From assembly GCF_011745625.1 (NCBI RefSeq), contig NW_027191459.1:558001-622000 (forward strand): a stretch of DNA of 64,000 bases. Reading direction: 5' to 3'. The number at the start of each line of letters is the position of its first letter. The stretch's first letter is position 1. The stretch comes from Cladosporium halotolerans (Eukaryota). Shown piece after piece: positions 23,124 through 32,514 of this stretch. The notes beneath the pieces are model-generated. The model was not told the origin of the DNA and ran no database searches. It worked only from the letters and a program-made list of their open reading frames with translations. Made by a program: the position numbers and the translations under genes.

Positions 23124-26100
23124 TCAACGACACAGCTTCCCCTGCTCCATAAATCGCTCAACAAACAGCCAGCGGAATATGTCTTTATGGACCCTCGCAG
23201 CCCGGAAGAAGTTCCTAGAGGCCTTCTCGTCCTCCACAAAAAGAGATGCACCACACCTCACGAGCGTCTTGACCGCATCAGGTCGACCATACACGCATGC
23301 AGCAACCAGCGAATGTCCAAACGGCCCTCCCACCGCATCAACATCTGCACCACTCCGGACCAGGAGTTCAATGACCTGAACCTGCCCGTGCGCCGCAGCA
23401 AAGTACAACGGCGTCGACCGCGTTGCCAACTGCCTGAAACTTAGGCACTCCACCAGCCTCTCCCCACTCAACGAGCGAATCGCCCGCCCTAAAGTCTTCA
23501 CAGCGACATCGTTCCAGCCCCAAAGCAGATCCTCGCAATCGGTGTCGATCCTCAGATTGAGCGCGAACGCCGCGCAGCCCGGCCTAGGGCTCCTGACCAG
23601 CAGCCCGTAATCTGATATCCTGCCAAAGTCCCGCCCGAACGCGACGCCTCTGCCAAGCAGCGCGGCTACGAAAGCCAAGTGCCCGTTCTTGCACGCCAGA
23701 GTCATGGGGCTGTAGCCGTAGACGTCGCGAATCGAGAGGTCGGCGCCGGGGAGCATGTTGAGCATGCGGACGAGCCCGCGCGACGCCGAGTGCGTGATTG
23801 CCGTGCCGCTGATGTCGCTGGCGTTGACGTTGGCGTCTTTGTGGACAAGCCTATCTACTAACCATTCGCTGTTTCTCTGGATCGCTAGGTGAAGGGGCGT
23901 TTGGCGGAGGTGGTTGGTTGTGTTGACGTCGACGGTTGTGGAGGTGAGGAGACGGTAGGCGAATTGTTCCCGGCCGGCGGCGATGGCGACGTGCAGCGGT
24001 GTTCCGGAGCGGAGCGCTGGGCAAGGCGCCCCGTTGACAAAAGTCCAGCCGGGATCATGGGTGGTGTACGGGATTTGGAGGTTGACGCTTTCGTCGTCCC
24101 CAAAAATTCCAATAGCATCGCAATTTCCGTGGGCAGCTGCGATGTGTAGGGGATGAATGGGGAGTTTGTCGAGCTCAACAAATGGAGGATGCCGCCAGCC
24201 CTTGTTCCAGTAAAAGGTATTGATGTGTTGTGGGAATGCTGCGACCAGATGGATAGCGTGGTAGCCTCGAGGCGTATGAGTTGCGCAGACAGTTTTTGAT
24301 AGATCGATCGTGAAAGGCACCAAAACTTTGGCAATCTCGGCCTTGCCAAGCGCAAGTGCCATTAAAAACGGTTCGCACTGCTTGCAAGGTAGCCGGAAAC
24401 GCCCTGAGTAATACATGCGATGGATCGATTTGACCGTATCCAGGTCGTCACGTTCAATGGCTGCGGCCAAGGTATCTGCCATCCGGTCTGTGAGCTTCGA
24501 TCGAGGCCGCTTCACAGAATGAGATACCGCCGGAGTCGGTGCTATCTGTTGACTGGCTTGCAGCTGGTATCCCTGGAGAAGATTTGACATGTCCTTTTCT
24601 CCCAAATGTAACGCCAGACCAAGAGCTGTTCGATGCGAGTTGTCCTTTGACAAAACATCGCAGCCCATTTCGAGCAATATCCTCACTGCCTCGTGCCTGC
24701 GGCCAACAACAGCAGCATGGATGCATCGTAAGCCCTCGACAGGGTCTTCGTAGTCCATGTCGGCTCCATCAGCGAGAAGATGCTTGATCAATCGAACATT
24801 CCCGTGAGCACATGCAATCCATAGCGGTGAAAACATGAGCGACCAATCGACGGCATCCCAGCGCTCAGGATGGGCAGATATGTCACTTCTGATCGCTACG
24901 TAGGCCTCTGCGTCCTGGCTACGTGCCGCCAATTCTAGAGGACTGTGAGGGAACTCCTTAGTCCCATACACCGCTGGATAATGTAACGAGGGGCTAAGGT
25001 GAACGCTGTTGGTTTCGCGCCTGTATCTGAACTCAGTGATCGAGGGCTCGTCAAGGATTTCAACTGAAGTGCTGTGCTTCAAGATCGCTTTGACAGCATT
25101 TGCAGTTGTTGTGCCATCCGTCATTGTCGAGCGGAATACCCAATAAAGCGGACTTGTTCCATCATTTGTTGTAGCCGAGGTTTTGGATCCATGCGCGAGC
25201 AGTGTTTGTATTATATCCAAACTCAGCGGATCTGTCTGGCAGGCGTAGTGTAGTGCAGTCACGCCTGTGTCAGTGGCTAGCATTACATCTGCACCAGCTT
25301 CCACGAGTATCTTGCACGCAGAGTGGTTGCTCTGTGAAGCGGCCAACATGAGTGCCGTCATGCCGCCAAATGGCTCACTATTGATAGGCAGATTGACGTC
25401 CATTATTCCCTTTGCAAGAACTTCAGCAAGAACTTGGTCGCGGTCTTCACGACGAGAGAGCGCAAGGATGTGTATTAGAGCCAAGCCATCTTCGTTGTAA
25501 TCGTTCGGGTCTCCGCTACGCGACAGACAGGCGCTCACGAAACTTGAAGAGCAAAATTGGTTGGAAAGAAGGTCCACAGCCGAGATCCCTCCAATCGCCA
25601 CCTTGTATTCACCTTTGCATTTTGCGTTCACGCTCACGCCACCGTCCATGAGCCTATGACCTAGGTCTTCGTTCTCGCTGAGGATGGCCAGACACAGTGC
25701 GGGCACTGCCCATGGCTGATTCTGATAGGGTTTGCCTTGCGGCCACTTGTTGACCAATAAGGCGAGAGCGTTGGTGTTGGCGACGCTGATGTCTCGAACG
25801 AGAATGTCGATGCATGAAAGACCTCCTTCATTCTCCACGTCGACGTCCGAGCACATTTTGAGAACGCCACTGACGATGTGAGTGAATCTGTCAATCTTTT
25901 TGTATTTCTTCAAGACATTCTCCGTGGCTGCAAGTTCCGCTAGTGCGCACACTTCATGCAGCGGATGTAATTTCGCTTCTTCAGTCGTACACGACTCCTC
26001 GCAAGCAGCTATCAACAGCCGCAGAGCACTTTCGAAACCCCAGCACTTCCCAGAGATCAGTTTTGGGTCCTCCAATGACTTCCTCAAGCTTGTCAAGTTT

Positions 26101-29100
26101 GCTAGAATGTATGCCCACGGTCTAAGTCCCTTGCGGTTGAGCGTTCTAGCAGCGCCTATCAGGGCGCTCGTCAGGGATTCCTCGACGTTGTCCTTCCAAG
26201 ACTGGAAAGATCTGTGGCCCATGCAGGCGCCCACCAGGGCCGGATCCTCGCGAGCGCACACATGTAGAAATGTATCGCCTTCGTTGTCGAGCACACAGGC
26301 ATCAGCTCCATTTTGAAGAAGTACGTTCAATACTTCCTTCGAGGCCTTCGGGTTACCGGCCAGATTCCTTTTACCGACGCTGGCTTGCGCCCAGACATGC
26401 AAAGGCGTCAGATTATCATTGTTTTTGATGTTAGGGTCTAAGCCGAGCTTCAGGAGCCATTCCACGACAGCATGGCGGCCATGGTTCACCGCGACATGGA
26501 GGAGGGTGTCGCCATTGTCAAATCGGAACTTGGCCGCATTGATACCGAAGCCCTTGGCCAGCCAAGGTAATATTGGATTGTCCGGATACCGAAGGGCGGC
26601 TATCAAGGTTTCTTGCTCGGCCTTCTTTGTCGTTTCTTCCTCGTCTTTGAATGTCGTCTGCAAAGCTTCTTCTCTTTCCTTCTCCTTCTCGAAAAGCACT
26701 TTCGTCAAAAGCTGAAGTGCTTGAGGTTCGAAGTAATGATGCGGCAAATCTCGAAGTGATGTCCACGTCCCGGATTCAAGGTCTCCTTTCAGTTGCTCAA
26801 TAGTGAGGGCGTCAATGAGGACACCTTCCTCCACAAGCTCGCCAATTGATCCACGAAGAAATGCGAGCCACTGCACAGTCCTGGACTGATCATCGGTTTC
26901 GAATCCGGGTATCGTCACCGGCTGACGCAGGTCGGCACCGTGATTTTTCAACTTGTGTAGAATGCCGCAACACGTTTCTATCGGCTTGATGGTGAGTAAT
27001 TTGTAGACTGACCGATGCATTGCGCCTCCAACAGCTACATTCGCCGCTTCTTGTCCCAGAATCGCGCATTGGACAACAGAGCCCAGTGGCCCTACATCGT
27101 TGATGCGATAACCTCGCTTGAGTAGCCCAGGTATCAAATCTGACATGTGAAACATTGAAGCGAAGTGGAGGGGACTACAAATGCTAGCGATGGCGACGCT
27201 TCCCTCAAAGGCAAGTGAACGCCAGTATCCGTCTTGCATAAGCTTCAAGACGCACATTTGAGCCCAGCGATGGAAATTTTTGACATGAGAGGGTTGCCAT
27301 AGTGTGGGAACGATGCTCCCTACTGAGTGGTGAGCTGGCCATATACCTGCAAGCGTGAAGAAGAGCCGGTCACTGTCATAGTTTGCATTCAGCTCATCTT
27401 CGTTGTGGGCATACCCAGTACCGAAGCTTGGGAATGAACAGTAAGTCAGAGCCACAGAGCGGCAGAAATCCCTCGTACGATCCTCGTCGATTTTAAAGCG
27501 CGCGATTGATGGTTGTTTCTCAGGCACTATCGATCTCAGAAATTCTTCAACAGTGAAATGAGCTGGCTCGATGTAAACTCGATCCGCAGAAAGTCTGAAC
27601 AGAGAGCCAGCGATAGATAGGATATCGTTCAGGTCCGGAACAGCATCCTCGTCCAAGTCTTGATCCCCTTCGTTGATCGCAATAGCAATGCAGAGATCTT
27701 GTGCGCGCAGTGGAAAGTGGGTGTATTGGTCGAACTTTGCGAACAACCAATGGATGGTCCTTTCCAACAAGTCCTGCGCTTCTACCCCTTGATCGTTCAC
27801 GCGGTGGAGAATGCGCTCGTATGTAGCGTTCAGATTGGGTGGTAGTGACACCAATGCATTTCGGCGCGCTCTATCCGTTCGCAGAGTGCACAGATGGTCC
27901 AGCTGACAACTCACCCACCTGAACATGCCGTCAGCGCTGTTGACGAGTGTTTCCAGGATCTCGTCTTTGAGAGCTGTATTCTGTACCTGGAGGGTGCCTT
28001 TCCTCGTTCTCTCCTCCAGCTGAGTTGCCACAAAGAGTTGTAAGTCAGCTTTCCTCGCCTCGATTGGCATCTTTTCGAAATTGTCAAGATGCAAGCGTAT
28101 ACCGGCTTCATCACGGCTGAAGAGAAGCATGCGAGCCGACGGCATCTTAGCCGCAAGCTCCACCAGAGCAAACGTGATCGCAGACGACTCATCGCACTCA
28201 TCTATGCCATCAACTATGATGCCAACATCATTGAAGCAATGCACAAGCTTTATGACCAGGGTAGTGAGTTGCGATGCTTCTGCAAAGATGCCTTTGTGAC
28301 CTGTATCTCCTGACACAAGTCCGCTCTCTTTGACGATCTCAAAGCACTTTTTGTGCTGTCGCGCAAGTTGACCCGCAAGGCACGCCAGAATTCGATTCAG
28401 ATTCTGGCTCTCTGCTCGTTTGTAGTCGCAATAGTAGTAGAGCAGTGCGTAGCTTCTGCCTGCAGCTTTCAGAGATTCTTGGATAGCGAGAGCTGCTAGT
28501 ACAGATTTGCCCGCACCTGGAATGCCGTAACACCAGAGCTTAGATCCTCTTGTGTTCAGCCAAGACTCGAACTCGGCACTCTCCAACAACCATAACCCGG
28601 TACCGCTTTGGCGAGTCCCAAGATTGACGTGGTGCGCGGACTCAGCGTCGAACGCTCCAAAAGCTTCCAGTACTTTTCCTTTCTCCTCGTCCATTGCTAT
28701 GCAATAAAGCTGAGAAAGGCTCTGGCCCATTGAGGTGACATCATCTTGGAGCTTTCCTTGTTCGTCGGAGCTATCGACGACATTGTTTAGAACATCGACA
28801 GATAAGCAGAGGCTGAATGTCGTCTTGTACCGCTCCAAGCTGTCCAGAAACTCCTCGGTCTCCGCTTTCGTAATGGGCCAGAGAAGTGTTCTCTTGATTT
28901 TGACGAACACTTGTTGACCAGTCGGGCTTGCTTTATCCAATTTCTCCCGAATTTTCAGGAGACTGTCTCTACATCGTGTGACCTGTGCAAGGGGTATTTG
29001 CGATTGCACGTGGTGAGATACATTCTGACCCAGGTTGTCAAGAGCTTTCAGGATGCCCACCAATGCGGTTGTCTCCTCGAGCAGCCTCTGGGCGTCTTTT

Positions 29101-29204
29101 CCGGCGTTTTTACACGTGATGATTGTCTTGTATGTGCGGTCAATGACGATGTCTGCGAGAGCGACCAGTCCGGCCACCGATGCTGTGATAGATAATGGAT
29201 CCAT
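23124..29204 (-). CDS. Fungal NLR-like protein: HeLo-like N-terminus, NACHT, winged helix, ankyrin repeats; 2026 aa, intronless
   Basis: MDPLSITASVAGLV start, Walker A GIPGAGKS, Walker B IIVDGIDEC, ADGMFRWVSCQL, LPPNLNATYERIL, AHFTVEEFL, many TPLH/TALH ankyrin units. Confidence 0.92.
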   Translation of the reverse strand: MDPLSITASVAGLVALADIVIDRTYKTIITCKNAGKDAQRLLEETTALVGILKALDNLGQNVSHHVQSQIPLAQVTRCRDSLLKIREKLDKASPTGQQVFVKIKRTLLWPITKAETEEFLDSLERYKTTFSLCLSVDVLNNVVDSSDEQGKLQDDVTSMGQSLSQLYCIAMDEEKGKVLEAFGAFDAESAHHVNLGTRQSGTGLWLLESAEFESWLNTRGSKLWCYGIPGAGKSVLAALAIQESLKAAGRSYALLYYYCDYKRAESQNLNRILACLAGQLARQHKKCFEIVKESGLVSGDTGHKGIFAEASQLTTLVIKLVHCFNDVGIIVDGIDECDESSAITFALVELAAKMPSARMLLFSRDEAGIRLHLDNFEKMPIEARKADLQLFVATQLEERTRKGTLQVQNTALKDEILETLVNSADGMFRWVSCQLDHLCTLRTDRARRNALVSLPPNLNATYERILHRVNDQGVEAQDLLERTIHWLFAKFDQYTHFPLRAQDLCIAIAINEGDQDLDEDAVPDLNDILSIAGSLFRLSADRVYIEPAHFTVEEFLRSIVPEKQPSIARFKIDEDRTRDFCRSVALTYCSFPSFGTGYAHNEDELNANYDSDRLFFTLAGIWPAHHSVGSIVPTLWQPSHVKNFHRWAQMCVLKLMQDGYWRSLAFEGSVAIASICSPLHFASMFHMSDLIPGLLKRGYRINDVGPLGSVVQCAILGQEAANVAVGGAMHRSVYKLLTIKPIETCCGILHKLKNHGADLRQPVTIPGFETDDQSRTVQWLAFLRGSIGELVEEGVLIDALTIEQLKGDLESGTWTSLRDLPHHYFEPQALQLLTKVLFEKEKEREEALQTTFKDEEETTKKAEQETLIAALRYPDNPILPWLAKGFGINAAKFRFDNGDTLLHVAVNHGRHAVVEWLLKLGLDPNIKNNDNLTPLHVWAQASVGKRNLAGNPKASKEVLNVLLQNGADACVLDNEGDTFLHVCAREDPALVGACMGHRSFQSWKDNVEESLTSALIGAARTLNRKGLRPWAYILANLTSLRKSLEDPKLISGKCWGFESALRLLIAACEESCTTEEAKLHPLHEVCALAELAATENVLKKYKKIDRFTHIVSGVLKMCSDVDVENEGGLSCIDILVRDISVANTNALALLVNKWPQGKPYQNQPWAVPALCLAILSENEDLGHRLMDGGVSVNAKCKGEYKVAIGGISAVDLLSNQFCSSSFVSACLSRSGDPNDYNEDGLALIHILALSRREDRDQVLAEVLAKGIMDVNLPINSEPFGGMTALMLAASQSNHSACKILVEAGADVMLATDTGVTALHYACQTDPLSLDIIQTLLAHGSKTSATTNDGTSPLYWVFRSTMTDGTTTANAVKAILKHSTSVEILDEPSITEFRYRRETNSVHLSPSLHYPAVYGTKEFPHSPLELAARSQDAEAYVAIRSDISAHPERWDAVDWSLMFSPLWIACAHGNVRLIKHLLADGADMDYEDPVEGLRCIHAAVVGRRHEAVRILLEMGCDVLSKDNSHRTALGLALHLGEKDMSNLLQGYQLQASQQIAPTPAVSHSVKRPRSKLTDRMADTLAAAIERDDLDTVKSIHRMYYSGRFRLPCKQCEPFLMALALGKAEIAKVLVPFTIDLSKTVCATHTPRGYHAIHLVAAFPQHINTFYWNKGWRHPPFVELDKLPIHPLHIAAAHGNCDAIGIFGDDESVNLQIPYTTHDPGWTFVNGAPCPALRSGTPLHVAIAAGREQFAYRLLTSTTVDVNTTNHLRQTPLHLAIQRNSEWLVDRLVHKDANVNASDISGTAITHSASRGLVRMLNMLPGADLSIRDVYGYSPMTLACKNGHLAFVAALLGRGVAFGRDFGRISDYGLLVRSPRPGCAAFALNLRIDTDCEDLLWGWNDVAVKTLGRAIRSLSGERLVECLSFRQLATRSTPLYFAAAHGQVQVIELLVRSGADVDAVGGPFGHSLVAACVYGRPDAVKTLVRCGASLFVEDEKASRNFFRAARVHKDIFRWLFVERFMEQGKLCR

Positions 29205-29803
29205 GGCGTGGTGGAGGAGATCTTCAGGTAGCACCACCAGTCGTGAGAAACCCTAGAGGGCAGTAGGAGAATGCTGGTCAAACGGCGTGTTTCCCCGTAT
29301 CGATGGACACCTCTGCTATCATGCTGCCTTACACCACCAGATCACTAGTGCAAACAATCTTACTTTGACGTTCGGTTGTCTGTACTATGTACCTTCAGCT
29401 GCAGGCATCCGAAAGGTCGGGTCCGTGCTGTTCCTCAGGGATGGCCGGGCCAGATGCGCCTCAATGAGCTCACGCATGATGGCTGACAATGGCCAAGGAC
29501 GCCAAAGCTGCAATTGAACATTGACTATGCTTATGTAGCTCAGCTCGGGCTGTGGTGGCTTGAACACGTGAGGATGTGTTGGCTGCATTCGGAGCTTGTT
29601 ACACAACAGCCGGCTGCGGACAGATCACCGAACGGCACTGCAGCTTGGCAGCTTTGCTTCTGAACCTTTCCAGCCTTCCGCCTCGAACGCTCCTTTCCAC
29701 TCAACCAGACTCATGATTGCGAACGTTGCAAAGTGGTACAAGAACCTCTTTTTCAAACGCGGAATGAGACGGCCATGGGTAACTGGGTGAGAAAATCACA
29801 AAA

Positions 29804-29839
29804 GCGGGACTCCCAGATGGTCACCGACTGTAGCACTAG
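29804..29839 (-). pseudogene. Truncated, diverged 5S rRNA fragment (5S nt about 73-108)
   Basis: 32 of 36 nt identical to 35000-35035 of the intact 5S copy, same orientation; weak similarity may extend to about 29792-29869. Confidence 0.85.
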
Positions 29840-29892
29840 GTCTTCTTTCTCAAGCTATGCTTAAAGTATCTTATTGTTCGGATGTCGAAAGA

Positions 29893-31467
29893 TCAGGGCG
29901 CTCGCCATTCGTAGTGGTGTGCACCCTTGGCCGCTTTACCAGGGTCTTCTCCCGATACACCTGGTCGATCATACGCATGTGCGCCAAAGAAGCTATCAAT
30001 TGTCAGCCATGATTCCATCTTCGGGAAGACTTGCTAGACTTACTCCATCTGTGCTTCCATGAACTGCGTTGGCAGCATTGTGCCGCCAACGTACTTTATG
30101 TACTCCAAGCTCGCTGACAAGCTTGGGATATGGTTGTGCCACTCCGTTCCTCGGAGCACCACTTCCTGCAATTGGCTGTACCCTTTGCCGAGCTCAGCGG
30201 ACACTTCGTCAATTAGCTTCATGTTCATGATGGGCTCATGCGCAGACTGGAAGATTGGCTGCAGGATGTCTGCGATGTGGTCTTCTTGTATGATGCAGCC
30301 GGCACGCCAGACTTTGATGACGGTCGCAAGGTCGACATTCCAGCCTTCGTCTTTGGAAGCACGAGCGATCAGTTCGAGGCCTTGGCAGAAGGCGCAAAAG
30401 AAAGATGTGAAAACTGCTCGGCGAAGTGCTTCGATGAAAGCCTCCTTGTCTTTGACGTTTCCTTTCGCGGGTGGTGGAATCTTCATCTTCTCTGCCGCAC
30501 GCACGCGTTGGTCACGATCACCGCTTGCCACGCGGAGGAACTGTCCAGCGGCGTTCGTGGGAGCAGAGACGTGCCTATCTGCTGCTTCCGCGATGCTCCA
30601 GAATAGTGTGCCTTCACTGTCATCATCGTCCTGGACAACCTTATCCAGCACGTCGTCCAGCACATATCCACTGTCACCCTGCCCTTCGCCGCGCCTGTCA
30701 CCTTCAGGAGTCTTCTTACGCTGACAGATTTCAGAGCCAATCTGCACCAGATAAGTGCCTCTAAGCTCACCCGCGCTGTTCCACTTCTCGAAGATCTTAC
30801 CGATTTGATCATTGGGAAGATCTAAAGACTTGCGCAAGAGCGACCAGGCTTCACAGAGGGTAGACAGCATACCATTCTCGATACCATTGTGGATCATCTT
30901 CACATAGTGGCCCGCACCACGTGGGCCAATATTAGCGACACAGGGGTGGCCGTTACCATCTTTCGCAGCGTACTTCTCCAGCAAAGGCATCACTTCGTCA
31001 AGCGCTTTCGGATTGCCGCCGGGGGTCATGCTGGGGCCCCGTTTGGCCGCTTGATAGCCTCCGCTCACGCCCGTGCCGATCCAGTGCACGCCTTTCTTCT
31101 CCATCTCGCGCTGTCGCCGTTCCGTATTGCGGTAGAACTCGTTGCCGCCGTCGATGATGATGTCGTTCTCCTTGAGGTCATCCTTGATTTTGTCCAGGAC
31201 GCTGTCTGCTGGCTGGCCGTGCGTGATGGAAAACATGAAAAGCTTCCTTGGAGACGAGTCCAGCGATTTGGTAAATTTATGGATATCGTGAAAGCCAGTG
31301 ACTTTGCTTTTTGCGTCGGTTTTGCTGATGGTGTCAAGAGCTGTGTCTACATTCTGGTCGTTGACATCCCAAAGAGATACATCCAGGCCCATTGTGCCGA
31401 AGGCGATGGCCATTTGAGTTCCCATACTGCCAGCGCCCACGACGCCTATGCTTTTGAAGTCCCCCAT
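29893..31467 (-). CDS. Divergent 6-phosphogluconate dehydrogenase-like protein (non-housekeeping paralogue); intron 29993-30043
   Basis: GVVGAGSMG, IIDGGNE, GTGVSGG, GAGHYVKMIHNGIE, WRAGCII; splicing restores MDFFGAHAYDRP...HYEWRAP*. Confidence 0.92.
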
Positions 31468-31659
31468 CTTAGCTTGGGGTATGTTTTTCATAATACTATC
31501 TTCAAAGTATTTGCGACAGACAGTACCTCTCACTCCTCTCTAAGCGGCACCAAGCAGTCATAAACGGATGCAGCTTACCTTTTGGATTGTTCATACTGAC
31601 ATCAGCTACAGTGACTGCAGGGTTGCAGTAATCCGTTGCTACCCGCCCAATACACATGC

Positions 31660-32315
31660 GGCTAACGTCATGGATGAATACTACCTGCTTGCGTCTCACG
31701 TGCAGATACAGACCTTCGGGAGAATACTCGATGATGACTTGACAGCTCCATGCTACATTCTAGCTTTCAAGCCAAAAGGAATGGGTAACGTTTCGTTCCA
31801 GGATGTCGGCGCAGCAAAAACCGGCTCGTGCGGTTTCCCCGCGGCCAATCACAATCACGTGACATCCGTCTCGTTGGCCTGGTCCGCTGCTGTCGTAAAC
31901 GCCCGTCTTCTAACGTCAAGATCTTCGCGACTCGCATCGGCCAAGTATATGTCTGCCTGTACGGACCTCTTCCCCGGCTCTCCACAGGGTGCCTAGTCGC
32001 TGAAAACACAGTATCATCTCCACGATACCTCTTCACCTGCAGACAACGCCCTTCCCTTCTACAGCCCTCACGTCCTTTTCTTCCATAGCAGCAGAAGTGC
32101 GCTTGTCCTCCTAGCTTGGCTTACTTTTCACAGTGTCACAGATGCGAAGTAGTTGCGTAGTAGCTGTCAGCATTGCCTAAAGGTGATGCATCACGAATGC
32201 ATTGCCTCCTCCGGAGCAAAGGCCGAGAATCACGTGGTAATTGGAGCGTCACTCTGACCACGGAACCACGATTGCAGCGTACATGCTGATCGTTCCATGA
32301 TATAAACACGTCAAG
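31660..32315. promoter_or_regulatory. Bidirectional promoter with clustered ACGT-core (CRE-half-site / E-box) motifs, CCAAT and TATA
   Basis: AACGTCA 31664 and 31912; CACGTG 31697 and 32231; TCACGTGA 31855; CACGTCA 32307; CCAAT 31845; TATAAA 32301. Confidence 0.5.
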
Positions 32316-32514
32316 TGCGTACAACTGAATGTAGGTTTTGTCTGCCGCCCCATCCTTACTGGTATTCAGAAGGATGTTCTGCGTCAGACTCTCCTGCCCA
32401 AAGCCATACCGAATCAGTTTATTCAGCCTTCAGAATCCGACGACTCCAGTTTCTTCGAGCATCGCCTCTAGATCCATCCGTAGCTCACTGACTTGCAAAC
32501 TGAAAGTCCGAACA

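Noticed and set aside
23124..24100. High-GC 3' end of the NLR as evidence of a chimeric or horizontally acquired segment
   Set aside because: It coincides with one of the recurrent skew/GC islands also seen in housekeeping genes
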